Shown in pieces: positions 8,135 to 17,940 of a stretch of 64,000 nt of DNA. Numbering within the stretch: position 1 is the stretch's first letter; the number at the start of each line of letters is the position of its first letter. The DNA is from an uncultured Candidatus Saccharibacteria bacterium. GTDB lineage: Bacteria; Patescibacteriota; Minisyncoccia; Phycocordibacterales; PALSA-1337. Made by a program: the position numbers and the translations under genes. Location: positions 6,163 to 70,162 of the forward strand of contig CAZGUZ010000001.1 of assembly GCA_964529025.1 (NCBI GenBank), in the 5' to 3' direction. The notes below the pieces were generated by a model. That model saw nothing but the letters and a program-made list of their open reading frames with translations. It searched no databases and was not told the DNA's origin.

Positions 8135-9649
8135 ATGATTTCAGAATCTCGAGGAGCACGCGGACATAGTTCCGGCCGCTCTCATAACCCGCGCGGAAAC
8201 CGCGCACCAGGGCGTTTTTCAGCACCCCGAAAATTTCATTCTTCGGAAGGTGCTTCGCGAACCCCTGCACACAGTGCTCATGGTGCATCACATGGTGCTC
8301 ATAGTGCGTCACGTGGTCACGTGTCAGCTTCACGCTCACACGCTTCTGCTTCGCACTCTCATGCCCCTGCTTCACGTACCCAAACAGTAATTCGTTCGAG
8401 CGTACTTAAACAAGCAGAATTTGGCGGAGGATACAGAGGTGGTAATTCGCGCTTTGGAGGTAATTCACGAGGAGGATCACGAGGATTCTCAGGCGGACGA
8501 TCATTCGGCGGTTCACAAGGTGGACGCGGCCGAGGTGGTCGCTCAAGTAAATTCTTTGATGTATCAAAATACATTAATAAGAATCCTGTAGCACCAAAGA
8601 TTGAAGTCTACATGCCAAAGCACGCTTTTAGCGACTTTGCTGTTGACCCTCGAATTCACGCTCTCATTGCACGTAAAGGTATCACAACACCGACACCAAT
8701 TCAGGATCAGGTAATTCCTCACATCCTTGAAGGAAAAGATGTTGTCGGCCTTGCGGAAACAGGAACAGGTAAAACTGCAGCTTTCCTTGTACCACTTATT
8801 AATAAGATGGTTAAGGATCCAAAGCTCACAACACTTATTCTTACTCCGACACGAGAACTTGCAATACAAATCGAGAACGAGCTTCGAACACTTTCGTTCG
8901 GACTTGGAATCTTTGGCACATGTTGTGTGGGTGGAGTTTCAATTGGAGGCCAATTGCGCTCTCTTAAGTTTCACCAGCATTTCATTATCGGTACCCCAGG
9001 TCGAGTAAAGGACCTCATTGAGCGAAAAGCGATTTTCCCTTCACGAATAAGCACCGTTGTGCTCGACGAAGCGGATCGCATGCTTGATATGGGATTCATT
9101 AACGATATGAGAGCTATTCTTGGAGCAATGCCAGCTCATCGTCATACCCTTTTCTTCTCTGCCACAATGTCAGACGAAATTAAGAAATTGGTGCATGACT
9201 TCCTCAAGAATCCAGTAACAGTTGCTCTCTCAACTGGCCAAGCAGCCGCATCTATTGAACAGGATGTTGTCTTCTGTAAAGGAGCCGACAAAGTGGATGT
9301 ACTTGCTGATCTTTTGGCAAAACCAGAGTTTACACGAGTAATCATCTTTGGTCACACAAAGCATGGTGTAGAAAAACTCATGAGCAAACTTGCAACAAAA
9401 AATATTACGACAGACTCGATTCATGGAAATAAAAACCATAATCAACGACAGCGAGCACTCAATGCCTTCAAAAGCGGCGAAGTGCGAGTTCTTGTAGCAA
9501 CAGACGTTGCAGCTCGTGGTATCCACGTTGACAATGTAAGCCATGTTATTAACTTCGATCTTCCTGTAAGTTACGAAGACTATATTCACCGCATTGGCCG
9601 AACAGGCCGCGGAGCACAGCGAGGTAAAGCACTTACACTCATTGCATAA
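8135..9649 (+). CDS. DEAD-box ATP-dependent RNA helicase with a long N-terminal Ser/His/Arg/Gly-rich low-complexity (RGG-like) region
   Basis: Q-motif, Walker A AETGTGKT, DEAD box (VLDEADRM), SAT and HRIGRTGR motifs. The start is placed at the in-frame ATG at 8135, downstream of the consensus promoter; the ORF track extends to 7811. Confidence 0.85.
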   Translation: MISESRGARGHSSGRSHNPRGNRAPGRFSAPRKFHSSEGASRTPAHSAHGASHGAHSASRGHVSASRSHASASHSHAPASRTQTVIRSSVLKQAEFGGGYRGGNSRFGGNSRGGSRGFSGGRSFGGSQGGRGRGGRSSKFFDVSKYINKNPVAPKIEVYMPKHAFSDFAVDPRIHALIARKGITTPTPIQDQVIPHILEGKDVVGLAETGTGKTAAFLVPLINKMVKDPKLTTLILTPTRELAIQIENELRTLSFGLGIFGTCCVGGVSIGGQLRSLKFHQHFIIGTPGRVKDLIERKAIFPSRISTVVLDEADRMLDMGFINDMRAILGAMPAHRHTLFFSATMSDEIKKLVHDFLKNPVTVALSTGQAAASIEQDVVFCKGADKVDVLADLLAKPEFTRVIIFGHTKHGVEKLMSKLATKNITTDSIHGNKNHNQRQRALNAFKSGEVRVLVATDVAARGIHVDNVSHVINFDLPVSYEDYIHRIGRTGRGAQRGKALTLIA

Positions 9650-9695
9650 TAAAAAGGGCCTTCGGGCCCTTTGTGCTTTATGGTAAACTTACGGC

Positions 9696-10073
9696 ATGAC
9701 TACAAAACCACACCTACTTGTAATTGAGGACGACGAACTCCTAATTACCGCTCTCGAAGAGCGTTTTACCAAAGAAGGATTCGCTGTTGAAATTGAACGC
9801 GACGGTACTCAAGGTCTCGAAAAAATCATAACAGCAAAACCAGCTGCTGTAATTCTTGATCTCATTATTCCTGGCAAGGATGGCCTTACAGTTCTTAAAG
9901 AACTTGAACAGCGTGCCCCAGGTATTAAAATTCCCATTATTGTTCTCACGAACTCAGAAGACCTTACCTATATGTCCGAGGTATTGAGTCATAATGTAAC
10001 AACATATCTTGTTAAATCTGATCAAGACTTGAGTGCAATCGTTGATATTGTTCGCAAAAATATTCTTGCGTAA
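9696..10073 (+). CDS. Single-domain response regulator (CheY-like receiver)
   Basis: 125 aa. Acidic pocket (IEDDE), phospho-acceptor context LDLIIPGKDG, and the conserved K near the C-terminus. Confidence 0.7.
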   Translation: MTTKPHLLVIEDDELLITALEERFTKEGFAVEIERDGTQGLEKIITAKPAAVILDLIIPGKDGLTVLKELEQRAPGIKIPIIVLTNSEDLTYMSEVLSHNVTTYLVKSDQDLSAIVDIVRKNILA

Positions 10074-10084
10074 AAATACTAACC

Positions 10085-11533
10085 TTAAGAAACTGTTGGT
10101 TCGATAGGTAGAATAGGTAGCTCAACAAAGAATGTTGTACCCTTTCCGACAACGGTTTCAAAACTTATTGACCCACCATGGAGCTCAATGAGTTTTTTTG
10201 CTAAATAAAGACCAAGACCAGTGCCATCCTGATTTGATCGAACAGCATCACGCAAACGGCGATATCCATCAAAAATATGTGGTCGTTCATCAACAGGAAT
10301 GCCATTACCCTCATCGCTTACCGTAAGAGTACATGTTGTACCATCAAGCTTTGTTCTATAGCCAATACGAACGCTTGTATGCGGTTTTGTATACTTAATT
10401 GCATTGGTGCAAAGATTCGTAATGATGTAGCGCATCTTATCGCGATCGCACATAACCTCAATAGTTTCTACGAGTGATGGATCGACAATTAAATCTACTT
10501 TGTGCTCTTGTGCCGACAAAGAAAGCATTTGCACAATGTCTTGAACAAATGGTCGCAAAAGGAGTGGTTCAAGATTCAATGTCTTCATATTTCCTGTATC
10601 CAAAGCGCTCACACTTAAAAGGTTGTTGATTCGATATACAAGATTAACGCAACTCGTATACATACGAGAAACCATGTCGCGTTCATGCGAACCAAGTTGA
10701 GTTCCTGGTGCTAATAGTGTCTCGCTTGCCCAACGAATTCCCGTAAGGGGCGAGCGAATTTCGTGTGCAGCAATCGACAAAAACTGAGCTTTTTCTTCAA
10801 GATAAATTGCTTCGCGCTGGCGCTGATACAAAACAATTGCAATAAAGAAAGCAATGATAAGGGTTACGAACATAGGAATAAGTGCAAAAGCAATTGCATT
10901 TGCAATATGCGATCGTGCATCAACATCAATACCAACAAGGCCAACTATGATACCCTCTGAGCTCACAATTGGAGCATATGCTGTAATCCATGTTCCCCAG
11001 CGGTCAGATAATGGACCCTCAAAGCCAACTTTTGCTGAATTAAAAACATCAAAAACAACGTCACTTGCTTCATCATATACTTGACCAAATGGGGAATAAT
11101 CTTCTGAATCAACAGGCTCTGAATCGGCAATAAATACAGCTTTTGAATCAAGCGGCTCAACAGTAAGTATATACACAAAGCGTGCATCGCTGTTGACCAA
11201 GCGAATGTCAGCAAGCTTACTTTTGAGAGCAGCATAGTCAGCAGAAGCTAAAACCTCCTGAGTGTATGCTCGGTTTTGCAAATCGCGATCAGTAACAATT
11301 TTTGCAAGGCTATCAGCATCAATTCCTGCCGCAATTGTTTCAGCTCGATCAATGAGATGATTATTGTTAGTGCGCGACACTGCACTATAAACAACAATTG
11401 TAGAGACTATTCCAACAATTCCTATAGCAATATACAGCCCGACATAGCGAGCAATGCGAGCTTGAGGAGTATTTGGTAAGAGCATGCGTATAGTATACAG
11501 CACAACAAAATACCTATTGCGCTTTTTATTCAC
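10085..11533 (-). CDS. Sensor histidine kinase (TM – extracytoplasmic sensor – TM – HisKA – HATPase_c)
   Basis: H-box AAHEIRSPL, N/G boxes (…SDEGNGIP…GTGLGL…), and two transmembrane segments flanking a roughly 200-aa sensor domain. Confidence 0.8.
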   Translation of the reverse strand: MNKKRNRYFVVLYTIRMLLPNTPQARIARYVGLYIAIGIVGIVSTIVVYSAVSRTNNNHLIDRAETIAAGIDADSLAKIVTDRDLQNRAYTQEVLASADYAALKSKLADIRLVNSDARFVYILTVEPLDSKAVFIADSEPVDSEDYSPFGQVYDEASDVVFDVFNSAKVGFEGPLSDRWGTWITAYAPIVSSEGIIVGLVGIDVDARSHIANAIAFALIPMFVTLIIAFFIAIVLYQRQREAIYLEEKAQFLSIAAHEIRSPLTGIRWASETLLAPGTQLGSHERDMVSRMYTSCVNLVYRINNLLSVSALDTGNMKTLNLEPLLLRPFVQDIVQMLSLSAQEHKVDLIVDPSLVETIEVMCDRDKMRYIITNLCTNAIKYTKPHTSVRIGYRTKLDGTTCTLTVSDEGNGIPVDERPHIFDGYRRLRDAVRSNQDGTGLGLYLAKKLIELHGGSISFETVVGKGTTFFVELPILPIEPTVS

Positions 11534-11585
11534 ACGTCATTGATTGAGTGGTGGCTATGTGCTGACCTGTGTATTGGTCTGCGCA

Positions 11586-12854
11586 TTAATACACATCACC
11601 CAGAAATATCAGTGGGAATTGCTGAGCCTTTTCAGCATCATGTTGTGAAGTCTTTGACTTTAAACTCGAAGCTAAATGAACTAAACGTTTGCCATATTTT
11701 GCTTGTAAAGTATCTGCGACATCATATACAGTCTGCCCTGTTTGTTTGTGTGTTTGCGTTTGTTCGTCTTCATTATTTTGCATAAACAAATCACCAGTTT
11801 GCATATCCTGTGGGACCATACCTGCCAAAGTAACACCCGACGATCTATACATAAGTCCTGGAATAAATACCGAAGAAAATCTTTTACGCAAAATGCTCAT
11901 ACACTCAGATGGTGTGGCCGTTGCTCGAGGCAGAGTAAATTCATCGCGTATATATTGCATATTCGATGTCTTTAAAAACCAATATATTTTATTACCCTCA
12001 CTTGCATGATAGCGAGCTCTTTCGCAGACAATCTCTGTATGATATGCCAGTTCTGCCAAAATAGGATCGGGTGATTTTTGCGGTCGGTCGAACATTCTTG
12101 TATGCTGAAAAGATTTTTGCATTTCATGCTCTGTAGTAACACCAAGTACAGACCTACCATGAAGCTCATGCCACAATTCTTGATGTGGCTTCGAGAATTG
12201 TTCTTGTACAAGTCCCTCTCGCAAATTCATAAAGTCAGCTACAGTCGATATACCCCTAAGTGCAAAATCTGAGACTGCACTCTTTCCAATACCCCAAACA
12301 CTACCCACGGACATTGTCTGGGCAATGTGCATAAAAGCTTTTTCATCGAGAAAAGTAATTCCTTTGGGTTTTTTCTGCTTTGAAGCAATCTTTGCTCGCA
12401 CTTTAGTTGCACCAATTCCAATTGAATACGTAATGCCGAGTTCTGCTTCGAGTGTATTTTGTATGGTTGCGGCAAAAGAAATATATTGTTCTGGTTTAAG
12501 GTGTGCAACATCATCGGTAATATCGGCAAAGCACTCATCAACGCTATACTCTTCAAGCTGCGAAACAAAGCGGCGCATAATGGTTTTCATACGCAATGAC
12601 ATTTCTGTATACAAATCAAAGTCTGCTGGCAAACACACAACTTGCGGCCAGTATTTTCTAATCTGAAAAACAGGCATTGTACGAGTGACACCCAAGGCTT
12701 TTGCTTCATACGATAGAGCAGTTGCAATACCCTTCTCTGCACCAACAATTACTGGCTTTCCACGCAAGTCAGGCCTGCGAGAAACTTCGCAAGCAGCAAA
12801 AAAAGCATCGCCATCAATATGCATAATTACCTTTGTGGGTTTATGAATACTCAT
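11586..12854 (-). CDS. Y-family DNA polymerase (DinB/UmuC-like translesion polymerase)
   Basis: N-terminal MHIDGDAFFAACE…GKPVIV…SVDECFADIT matches the Y-family catalytic core. Confidence 0.8.
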   Translation of the reverse strand: MSIHKPTKVIMHIDGDAFFAACEVSRRPDLRGKPVIVGAEKGIATALSYEAKALGVTRTMPVFQIRKYWPQVVCLPADFDLYTEMSLRMKTIMRRFVSQLEEYSVDECFADITDDVAHLKPEQYISFAATIQNTLEAELGITYSIGIGATKVRAKIASKQKKPKGITFLDEKAFMHIAQTMSVGSVWGIGKSAVSDFALRGISTVADFMNLREGLVQEQFSKPHQELWHELHGRSVLGVTTEHEMQKSFQHTRMFDRPQKSPDPILAELAYHTEIVCERARYHASEGNKIYWFLKTSNMQYIRDEFTLPRATATPSECMSILRKRFSSVFIPGLMYRSSGVTLAGMVPQDMQTGDLFMQNNEDEQTQTHKQTGQTVYDVADTLQAKYGKRLVHLASSLKSKTSQHDAEKAQQFPLIFLGDVY

Positions 12855-12868
12855 GTGTATTTTCGCAA

Positions 12869-13252
12869 TTACTCATACTTTCTAACATTTGCCCGCACCA
12901 CAGCCTCGATCACTAAATCTTGAGAAGGATAGAGCGGAGGATATGCCCCATTTGCTGCTTCTAAATACACATTACCCGAAGCATCTTTTCTGTAATATTT
13001 CATGGTGAATGCACCGTCGATCCGAGCAATGACAATGTCGCCAATTTTTGGTTGTGCACCCCTTTCTACAATAACGTAGTCCCCTTCAATGATTCCGGCA
13101 TCTATCATGCTGTCGCCCTTAACTCTGAGCATATAGCTTGCTTCTCTTTTTTGTATAAGAAAATCATCCAAAGACATTTCATGAATATCTTCTTCTGCTG
13201 TACCCGGAAAACCAGCCTCAACAACACCTAATACCTTAATATAAGGTTCCAT
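12869..13252 (-). CDS. UmuD-like S24 peptidase (LexA C-terminal-domain homolog without an HTH)
   Basis: 127 aa. The Ser-Lys dyad context VKGDSMIDAGI…MKYYRK, with no N-terminal DNA-binding domain. It lies immediately upstream of, and co-oriented with, the Y-family polymerase. Confidence 0.7.
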   Translation of the reverse strand: MEPYIKVLGVVEAGFPGTAEEDIHEMSLDDFLIQKREASYMLRVKGDSMIDAGIIEGDYVIVERGAQPKIGDIVIARIDGAFTMKYYRKDASGNVYLEAANGAYPPLYPSQDLVIEAVVRANVRKYE

Positions 13253-13257
13253 TGCTG

Positions 13258-14391
13258 CTACTCAAAAGTTATATAGACAATTTCGCGCTGCGTACCGATT
13301 CTTTGTGGCGGACCCCAGGTTCCCGCTCCACTCGTTGTGATTACACGGAGTTTTCCAAGGGTATTATTACCATACTCAAACCCTTTATAAATAAACCGTG
13401 CCAACAGTGAAAATGGCCACACTTGCCCTTTATGAGTATGCCCCGACAAAACTAAATTAACACCTGAATCGCGAACAACATCAAGATTATCTGGAACATG
13501 CTTAAGCAAAATATACGGAGCATCTCCAAATTCAGCAGTGATATTACTGCGCATTTTTTGAAGCGTCATTGCCAAATCTTCTGCTCGAGTATTGTTGCTA
13601 TATTCAACACCTCCAACTGTAAGACCTCTCAGGTTCACAAAATCATTTTGCAGTACAATGATTCCATTCTTTTCTATATGCTGCACATATGGCTCATTTC
13701 TGTATGTCTCATGATTTCCTGTAACAAAGAAAGTTCCATAGGTTGTTTTAAACTCACCGAAAGGTCGAGCAACACTATCGAAATCCATACGTGGACCATC
13801 GTAAAAGTCGCCACCTATGAATACGGCTTCTAAGTTTTTGCGTGACAGCTTGTTAATAACATCATATGCATGACTTTCTCTGTGGATCTTACCAAAGTGA
13901 GTATCAGCGATGAAAGCAACAGTTTTTCCTTTCCATTCTTGCGGTAAATTAGGCAGCTCAACCGTATATGAAACTTCACGAAGTATATTGCCTTGCATCA
14001 TACCGTAACCACTCATAGCAAGAGCAGCTACAACACAGACAAATGTAAGGCTTCGAATAAGATTGAGCGACTGACCAATGAAAGCGTCACCACCAATTGC
14101 ATAAACAGTGGCATATACAATTCCAATAGCAACACTTGCAAGGAAAAGCCACCACAAGGTGCCGAGCCACACCGCAGCAGAGTAATAGAGAGAATTTCCT
14201 AAAGCAGAGTCTGAAGTAAAACCAACGTTTGACACAAAGAACGAAACCGAGAGAATGCCGAAGATGATCTTGAGCGCTAAAAGCATATGTGGATCTGTTA
14301 CCACAAAGCCTTTAACCAGAGCTTTATACACCACAAAGTGGACGAGGAATAAAAGCCCTTGAACGATACCGAAGAAAATAAAGAATTGCAT
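13258..14391 (-). CDS. Membrane-anchored calcineurin-like metallophosphoesterase
   Basis: N-terminal multi-TM region plus C-terminal metallophosphatase motifs (GDxxD…GNHE…GHTH). Confidence 0.6.
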   Translation of the reverse strand: MQFFIFFGIVQGLLFLVHFVVYKALVKGFVVTDPHMLLALKIIFGILSVSFFVSNVGFTSDSALGNSLYYSAAVWLGTLWWLFLASVAIGIVYATVYAIGGDAFIGQSLNLIRSLTFVCVVAALAMSGYGMMQGNILREVSYTVELPNLPQEWKGKTVAFIADTHFGKIHRESHAYDVINKLSRKNLEAVFIGGDFYDGPRMDFDSVARPFGEFKTTYGTFFVTGNHETYRNEPYVQHIEKNGIIVLQNDFVNLRGLTVGGVEYSNNTRAEDLAMTLQKMRSNITAEFGDAPYILLKHVPDNLDVVRDSGVNLVLSGHTHKGQVWPFSLLARFIYKGFEYGNNTLGKLRVITTSGAGTWGPPQRIGTQREIVYITFE

Positions 14392-14405
14392 ACGCCTAGT
14401 ATACC

Positions 14406-15653
14406 TTATTCATGCCGGCACGCATCACTATGTACATGTGAACTGCCTACCCCACCATGACTATGCCCATGGCTATGACCATGACCTTCGAAGCTTTTAA
14501 GTAATTCATTTTGTTGTCGCGTAAGCTCAGGAGTATCCGTATGCTTTTTAATAAGCATAGTTACAGCAATAAGTGTAGTTATAGGAACAGCGAGTACGAG
14601 ACCAATACTACCAACCATTGTTCGAACAATTTCGGCAGCAAACATTTCGCGGTTAAGGAGCGGCACAACATCGACAGCAGATATGTAGAGCAATAGCAAT
14701 AGTGGTAAAGATGCTCCAACATAAGCAATTGCCAAGGTATTAACAAGAGCACCAATGTGTTCACGACCAATGCGCACAGCGCGCAAATATACTGCCCTTC
14801 GACTTGCATGTGGAGCAAAACGCGAAAGCTCTTCAACGGTAACAGCTTGTCCAATTGCAACGTCATAAAGCACACCAAGAAGTCCAATAAGAATACCGCC
14901 GAGCAATAATCCTCTAAAATCAATTGCTCCTGCAGTTTTAATATTGAGGAATACCGCTTCTTCAGTTTCAAAACCTGTCATATTAAGACCGTATACTGAG
15001 TAGTATGACAATATGCCGGTAACAATAACCGTCAAAATCATTCCGATAACAGCCGAACTCGTAGTCTTGGTAAAGCCATGTGTTACATATGACCCAAGAA
15101 TAATGATGAGTGAAGAAACACCTAAAGTAATAAGGAGCGGCGATAACCCAGCGCTAATACCAGGAAGCAAAACGTAGACAATAAGCGCGAGGCTTCCGAA
15201 TAAACTCACAAGACCGCGCACACCCTGCATTCCACCAAATACGATAGTAAGTACAATAAAAGCAAGTGTAATCCAAAACAAAAATGGAAGTCGGTACGGT
15301 TCGCCAGCATAATAGGTTTCAAAACCATCTTCCCAGCGAACAACGTGGCGAATGTAGAGCTTGTCACCTTTTTCCAAAGGAGCATAGTCATTGCGAACTT
15401 CAACAATAGAACCTTTCTTTGAACCATCGATAAGCTCAACTTTAAGTGTCTGGACTTCGGCTTCAAGACCGCTAATGACCGTACGCTTTTCGGTCTTAAG
15501 CACTTCAGTGATTTTACCTAAATAGGTATGCTCAGCATCTTCTATAAGCTCGCCAGAGCTTGCCCTAGCCCCAAAGGGTAATATGAGTGCAATAAGAGCC
15601 AAACAGGCCATTATTGCGCATATACGGGCTTTATAGAGTCGTATTTGTGTCAT
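14406..15653 (-). CDS. YibE/F family integral membrane protein with a His-rich C-terminal tail
   Basis: Polytopic membrane protein with a YibE/F-like arrangement. The C-terminus is EGHGHSHGHSHGG…HVHS. Confidence 0.55.
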   Translation of the reverse strand: MTQIRLYKARICAIMACLALIALILPFGARASSGELIEDAEHTYLGKITEVLKTEKRTVISGLEAEVQTLKVELIDGSKKGSIVEVRNDYAPLEKGDKLYIRHVVRWEDGFETYYAGEPYRLPFLFWITLAFIVLTIVFGGMQGVRGLVSLFGSLALIVYVLLPGISAGLSPLLITLGVSSLIIILGSYVTHGFTKTTSSAVIGMILTVIVTGILSYYSVYGLNMTGFETEEAVFLNIKTAGAIDFRGLLLGGILIGLLGVLYDVAIGQAVTVEELSRFAPHASRRAVYLRAVRIGREHIGALVNTLAIAYVGASLPLLLLLYISAVDVVPLLNREMFAAEIVRTMVGSIGLVLAVPITTLIAVTMLIKKHTDTPELTRQQNELLKSFEGHGHSHGHSHGGVGSSHVHSDACRHE

Positions 15654-15671
15654 ACGACGAATATACCATAC

Positions 15672-16157
15672 TTAACGCCCAACCGTAATACGCGCGTCTA
15701 TTTCGCCTTGAGCCTCAAGAATAAGACTGCCTGTTGTGCTACTCATACCAAGCCAATAGCCCGTACTGTATCCCGAGGTCGTATTATATGCCCTACCCGT
15801 TTTTGGATCTTGTGGAAGTTCTCCCAAATATGCCGGCACAAGACAGCTACGAATATCGAGCCCATCCTGATCAGACGTAACAAGTTTAAGTGTTGTAGTA
15901 GGTAAATCTTGAGCAACACCATTACATGTAAAAATACCTGAATGCTCGCTCATATTTGCATTGACGGCATTCATGATAGCAAGGATATGCGTTTGCCTTT
16001 CTGTATCGCGGGCCACTTTAAATTGACGTACAGGATTAATTGCCACAATAACCATTCCAGCAAGAATGCCAATAAGGCCGATGACGAGCATAACTTCTAC
16101 CAGAGTAAAACCTTTTGTCTGTACTTGTATATGATTGCGATAACGGGTATAGTTCAT
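15672..16157 (-). CDS. Type IV pilin (class III signal peptide, N-terminal methylation domain)
   Basis: KG^FTLVEVMLVIGLIGILAGMVIVAI, with G-1, F+1 and E+5 present, then a hydrophobic helix. Confidence 0.7.
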   Translation of the reverse strand: MNYTRYRNHIQVQTKGFTLVEVMLVIGLIGILAGMVIVAINPVRQFKVARDTERQTHILAIMNAVNANMSEHSGIFTCNGVAQDLPTTTLKLVTSDQDGLDIRSCLVPAYLGELPQDPKTGRAYNTTSGYSTGYWLGMSSTTGSLILEAQGEIDARITVGR

Positions 16158-16222
16158 AATTTTATAATTATTAATACCTCACTATCGTAGCTTGGCGTGA
16201 TTAAATACTTATTAAATAATTA

Positions 16223-16678
16223 TCAAATCTTCCTAAAGAACTTTATTTCGTTCTCCAGATTTAAACCCCAAACGTCTTTATTAAATGATAATAAACGTAC
16301 ATACTCTATTCCATATGTAGATGGCTCGGTACGACATACGATTTCAACGGTATATAAATCGTGCACTGTATCTTCTGAAAATAAATATTTGCACACGACT
16401 AACCTCTGAACAGAAATAAATTCTCGAGAAAAAGAATCAGTTATTTGTAGCACTTCATTATTCTGCAGCTTGTAAATAATGTAACCATACTTAAGCGAGC
16501 TCTGTATCCAATCTGAATAATGTTGCGAAGTTTCCATAAGCACCTTACGTACCTCGCTACGAAATATACTGTCATGAATAATAAACTGGGATACGTTTCG
16601 CTTTACAACAATAACCATCACAAAACTCATAACGATAAAAACTGCGGGTGTAGCAATAAAACCCTTAGTGTGTAACAT
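16223..16678 (-). CDS. Hypothetical membrane-anchored protein in the pilus cluster (weak pilin-like N-terminus)
   Basis: KGFIATPAVFIVMSFVMVIVV is a hydrophobic N-terminus but lacks the acidic +5 residue. The gene is co-oriented within the pilus locus. Confidence 0.35.
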   Translation of the reverse strand: MLHTKGFIATPAVFIVMSFVMVIVVKRNVSQFIIHDSIFRSEVRKVLMETSQHYSDWIQSSLKYGYIIYKLQNNEVLQITDSFSREFISVQRLVVCKYLFSEDTVHDLYTVEIVCRTEPSTYGIEYVRLLSFNKDVWGLNLENEIKFFRKI

Positions 16679-16805
16679 AGTGCTCTAAATTAATGTTGTC
16701 AGCCTTCCATGCAGAAATTTCGGCAAAGCCAAAACTAATAAACGTATTGAGACAAAGCCCAATTATAGACATTAAAATGATGTGTAGACAGTATTCGATA
16801 AGCAT

Positions 16806-17939
16806 TTATATGTAGTTACCTATATGATAGCGGCCATTGCATATGCTCAGGCTAATTGCCGGAGCCCTCATAGTAGAACTTATATTATGCTCGCCTAATA
16901 AATCCCTTATTCCAAAACTTGGTTTATTTGTTGCCAGCGTATATGGCTCATCAATGATGGCTGCACTTGTACTATAGCCACGAATACCATAAACACTTGC
17001 ACCTATGTCATAAGTTTTTCTGACCCATAATTCACCTTCTGTAATATCAATGATCGCCAACTCTGGTTCGTGGATCACATTGAAACCACCAACTGATCTA
17101 CCCACTGCAAATGTTGAAGTTCCAAGCCACGACAAAGACATAACATCATGCGTTGCATAGCCAGGAAAACTTACTGAGTCTTTAATATAAAATACCCCTT
17201 CATTTATACCGCCCAGTAAAAATACCTCTTGCCCTGCTCCTGTACCGACGACAACAGAATCATTGTTGGCAATAATATCTGTTACGACTGATCCTATTTC
17301 AAAAGTATTTACTACCGATATATTTTTAAGTGAATCAACACGAATAACTGAGAGTTCAGGACCGTCCCATTTTTCTGTTCCAACTGCCACATACCCCGAG
17401 CCAATATGTACAACACTACGAACAACTGGTGTCGATGTTGCTCTCGCCCTAGGTAAATTGAGCGTATTTACTAAAACCAACTGACCACTCGCATCAAATT
17501 CAAAATATCCAAGATGATTGTTGATCGAGGTATTCCCCGCAAGAATACCCTGACCCACCACATCAAAAGCTTGCGTACCTGGGCCAAAGTTGTATGAAGC
17601 AATTAATTTCCAAGCAGAAGTTTTTTTATAAACCCGAATATCATCATCGCTACTCTGTGTACTATCGTACGAGGCTATGAGCAGCGGACCCTGTTGCCAC
17701 ATATGCGTCATATTTGCAGTCGAGGGAATATCAATTATTTTAAAATTAAAGTTACCGAAACAGCGATATGGATTCTGGGTATCTATTGAAGCTTGGGAGC
17801 CCTGAATACTTTTAATAGAGTTCACCATAGATGAAATCTGTATTTTTGAACGCGGTATATTTGCAAGCATAATAGCTAAAACACTGAGGAGTGCCAAAGC
17901 GAGTAATGTATCGGTAGAAATAAAACCGCGTATCAACAT
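16806..17939 (-). CDS. Large pilin-like protein (class III signal; candidate minor pilin / pilus-tip-associated)
   Basis: RG^FISTDTLLALALLSVLAIM has D at +5. A roughly 340-aa globular region follows that may be beta-rich; I recognised no family for it. Confidence 0.45.
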   Translation of the reverse strand: MLIRGFISTDTLLALALLSVLAIMLANIPRSKIQISSMVNSIKSIQGSQASIDTQNPYRCFGNFNFKIIDIPSTANMTHMWQQGPLLIASYDSTQSSDDDIRVYKKTSAWKLIASYNFGPGTQAFDVVGQGILAGNTSINNHLGYFEFDASGQLVLVNTLNLPRARATSTPVVRSVVHIGSGYVAVGTEKWDGPELSVIRVDSLKNISVVNTFEIGSVVTDIIANNDSVVVGTGAGQEVFLLGGINEGVFYIKDSVSFPGYATHDVMSLSWLGTSTFAVGRSVGGFNVIHEPELAIIDITEGELWVRKTYDIGASVYGIRGYSTSAAIIDEPYTLATNKPSFGIRDLLGEHNISSTMRAPAISLSICNGRYHIGNYI

Positions 17940-17940
17940 A

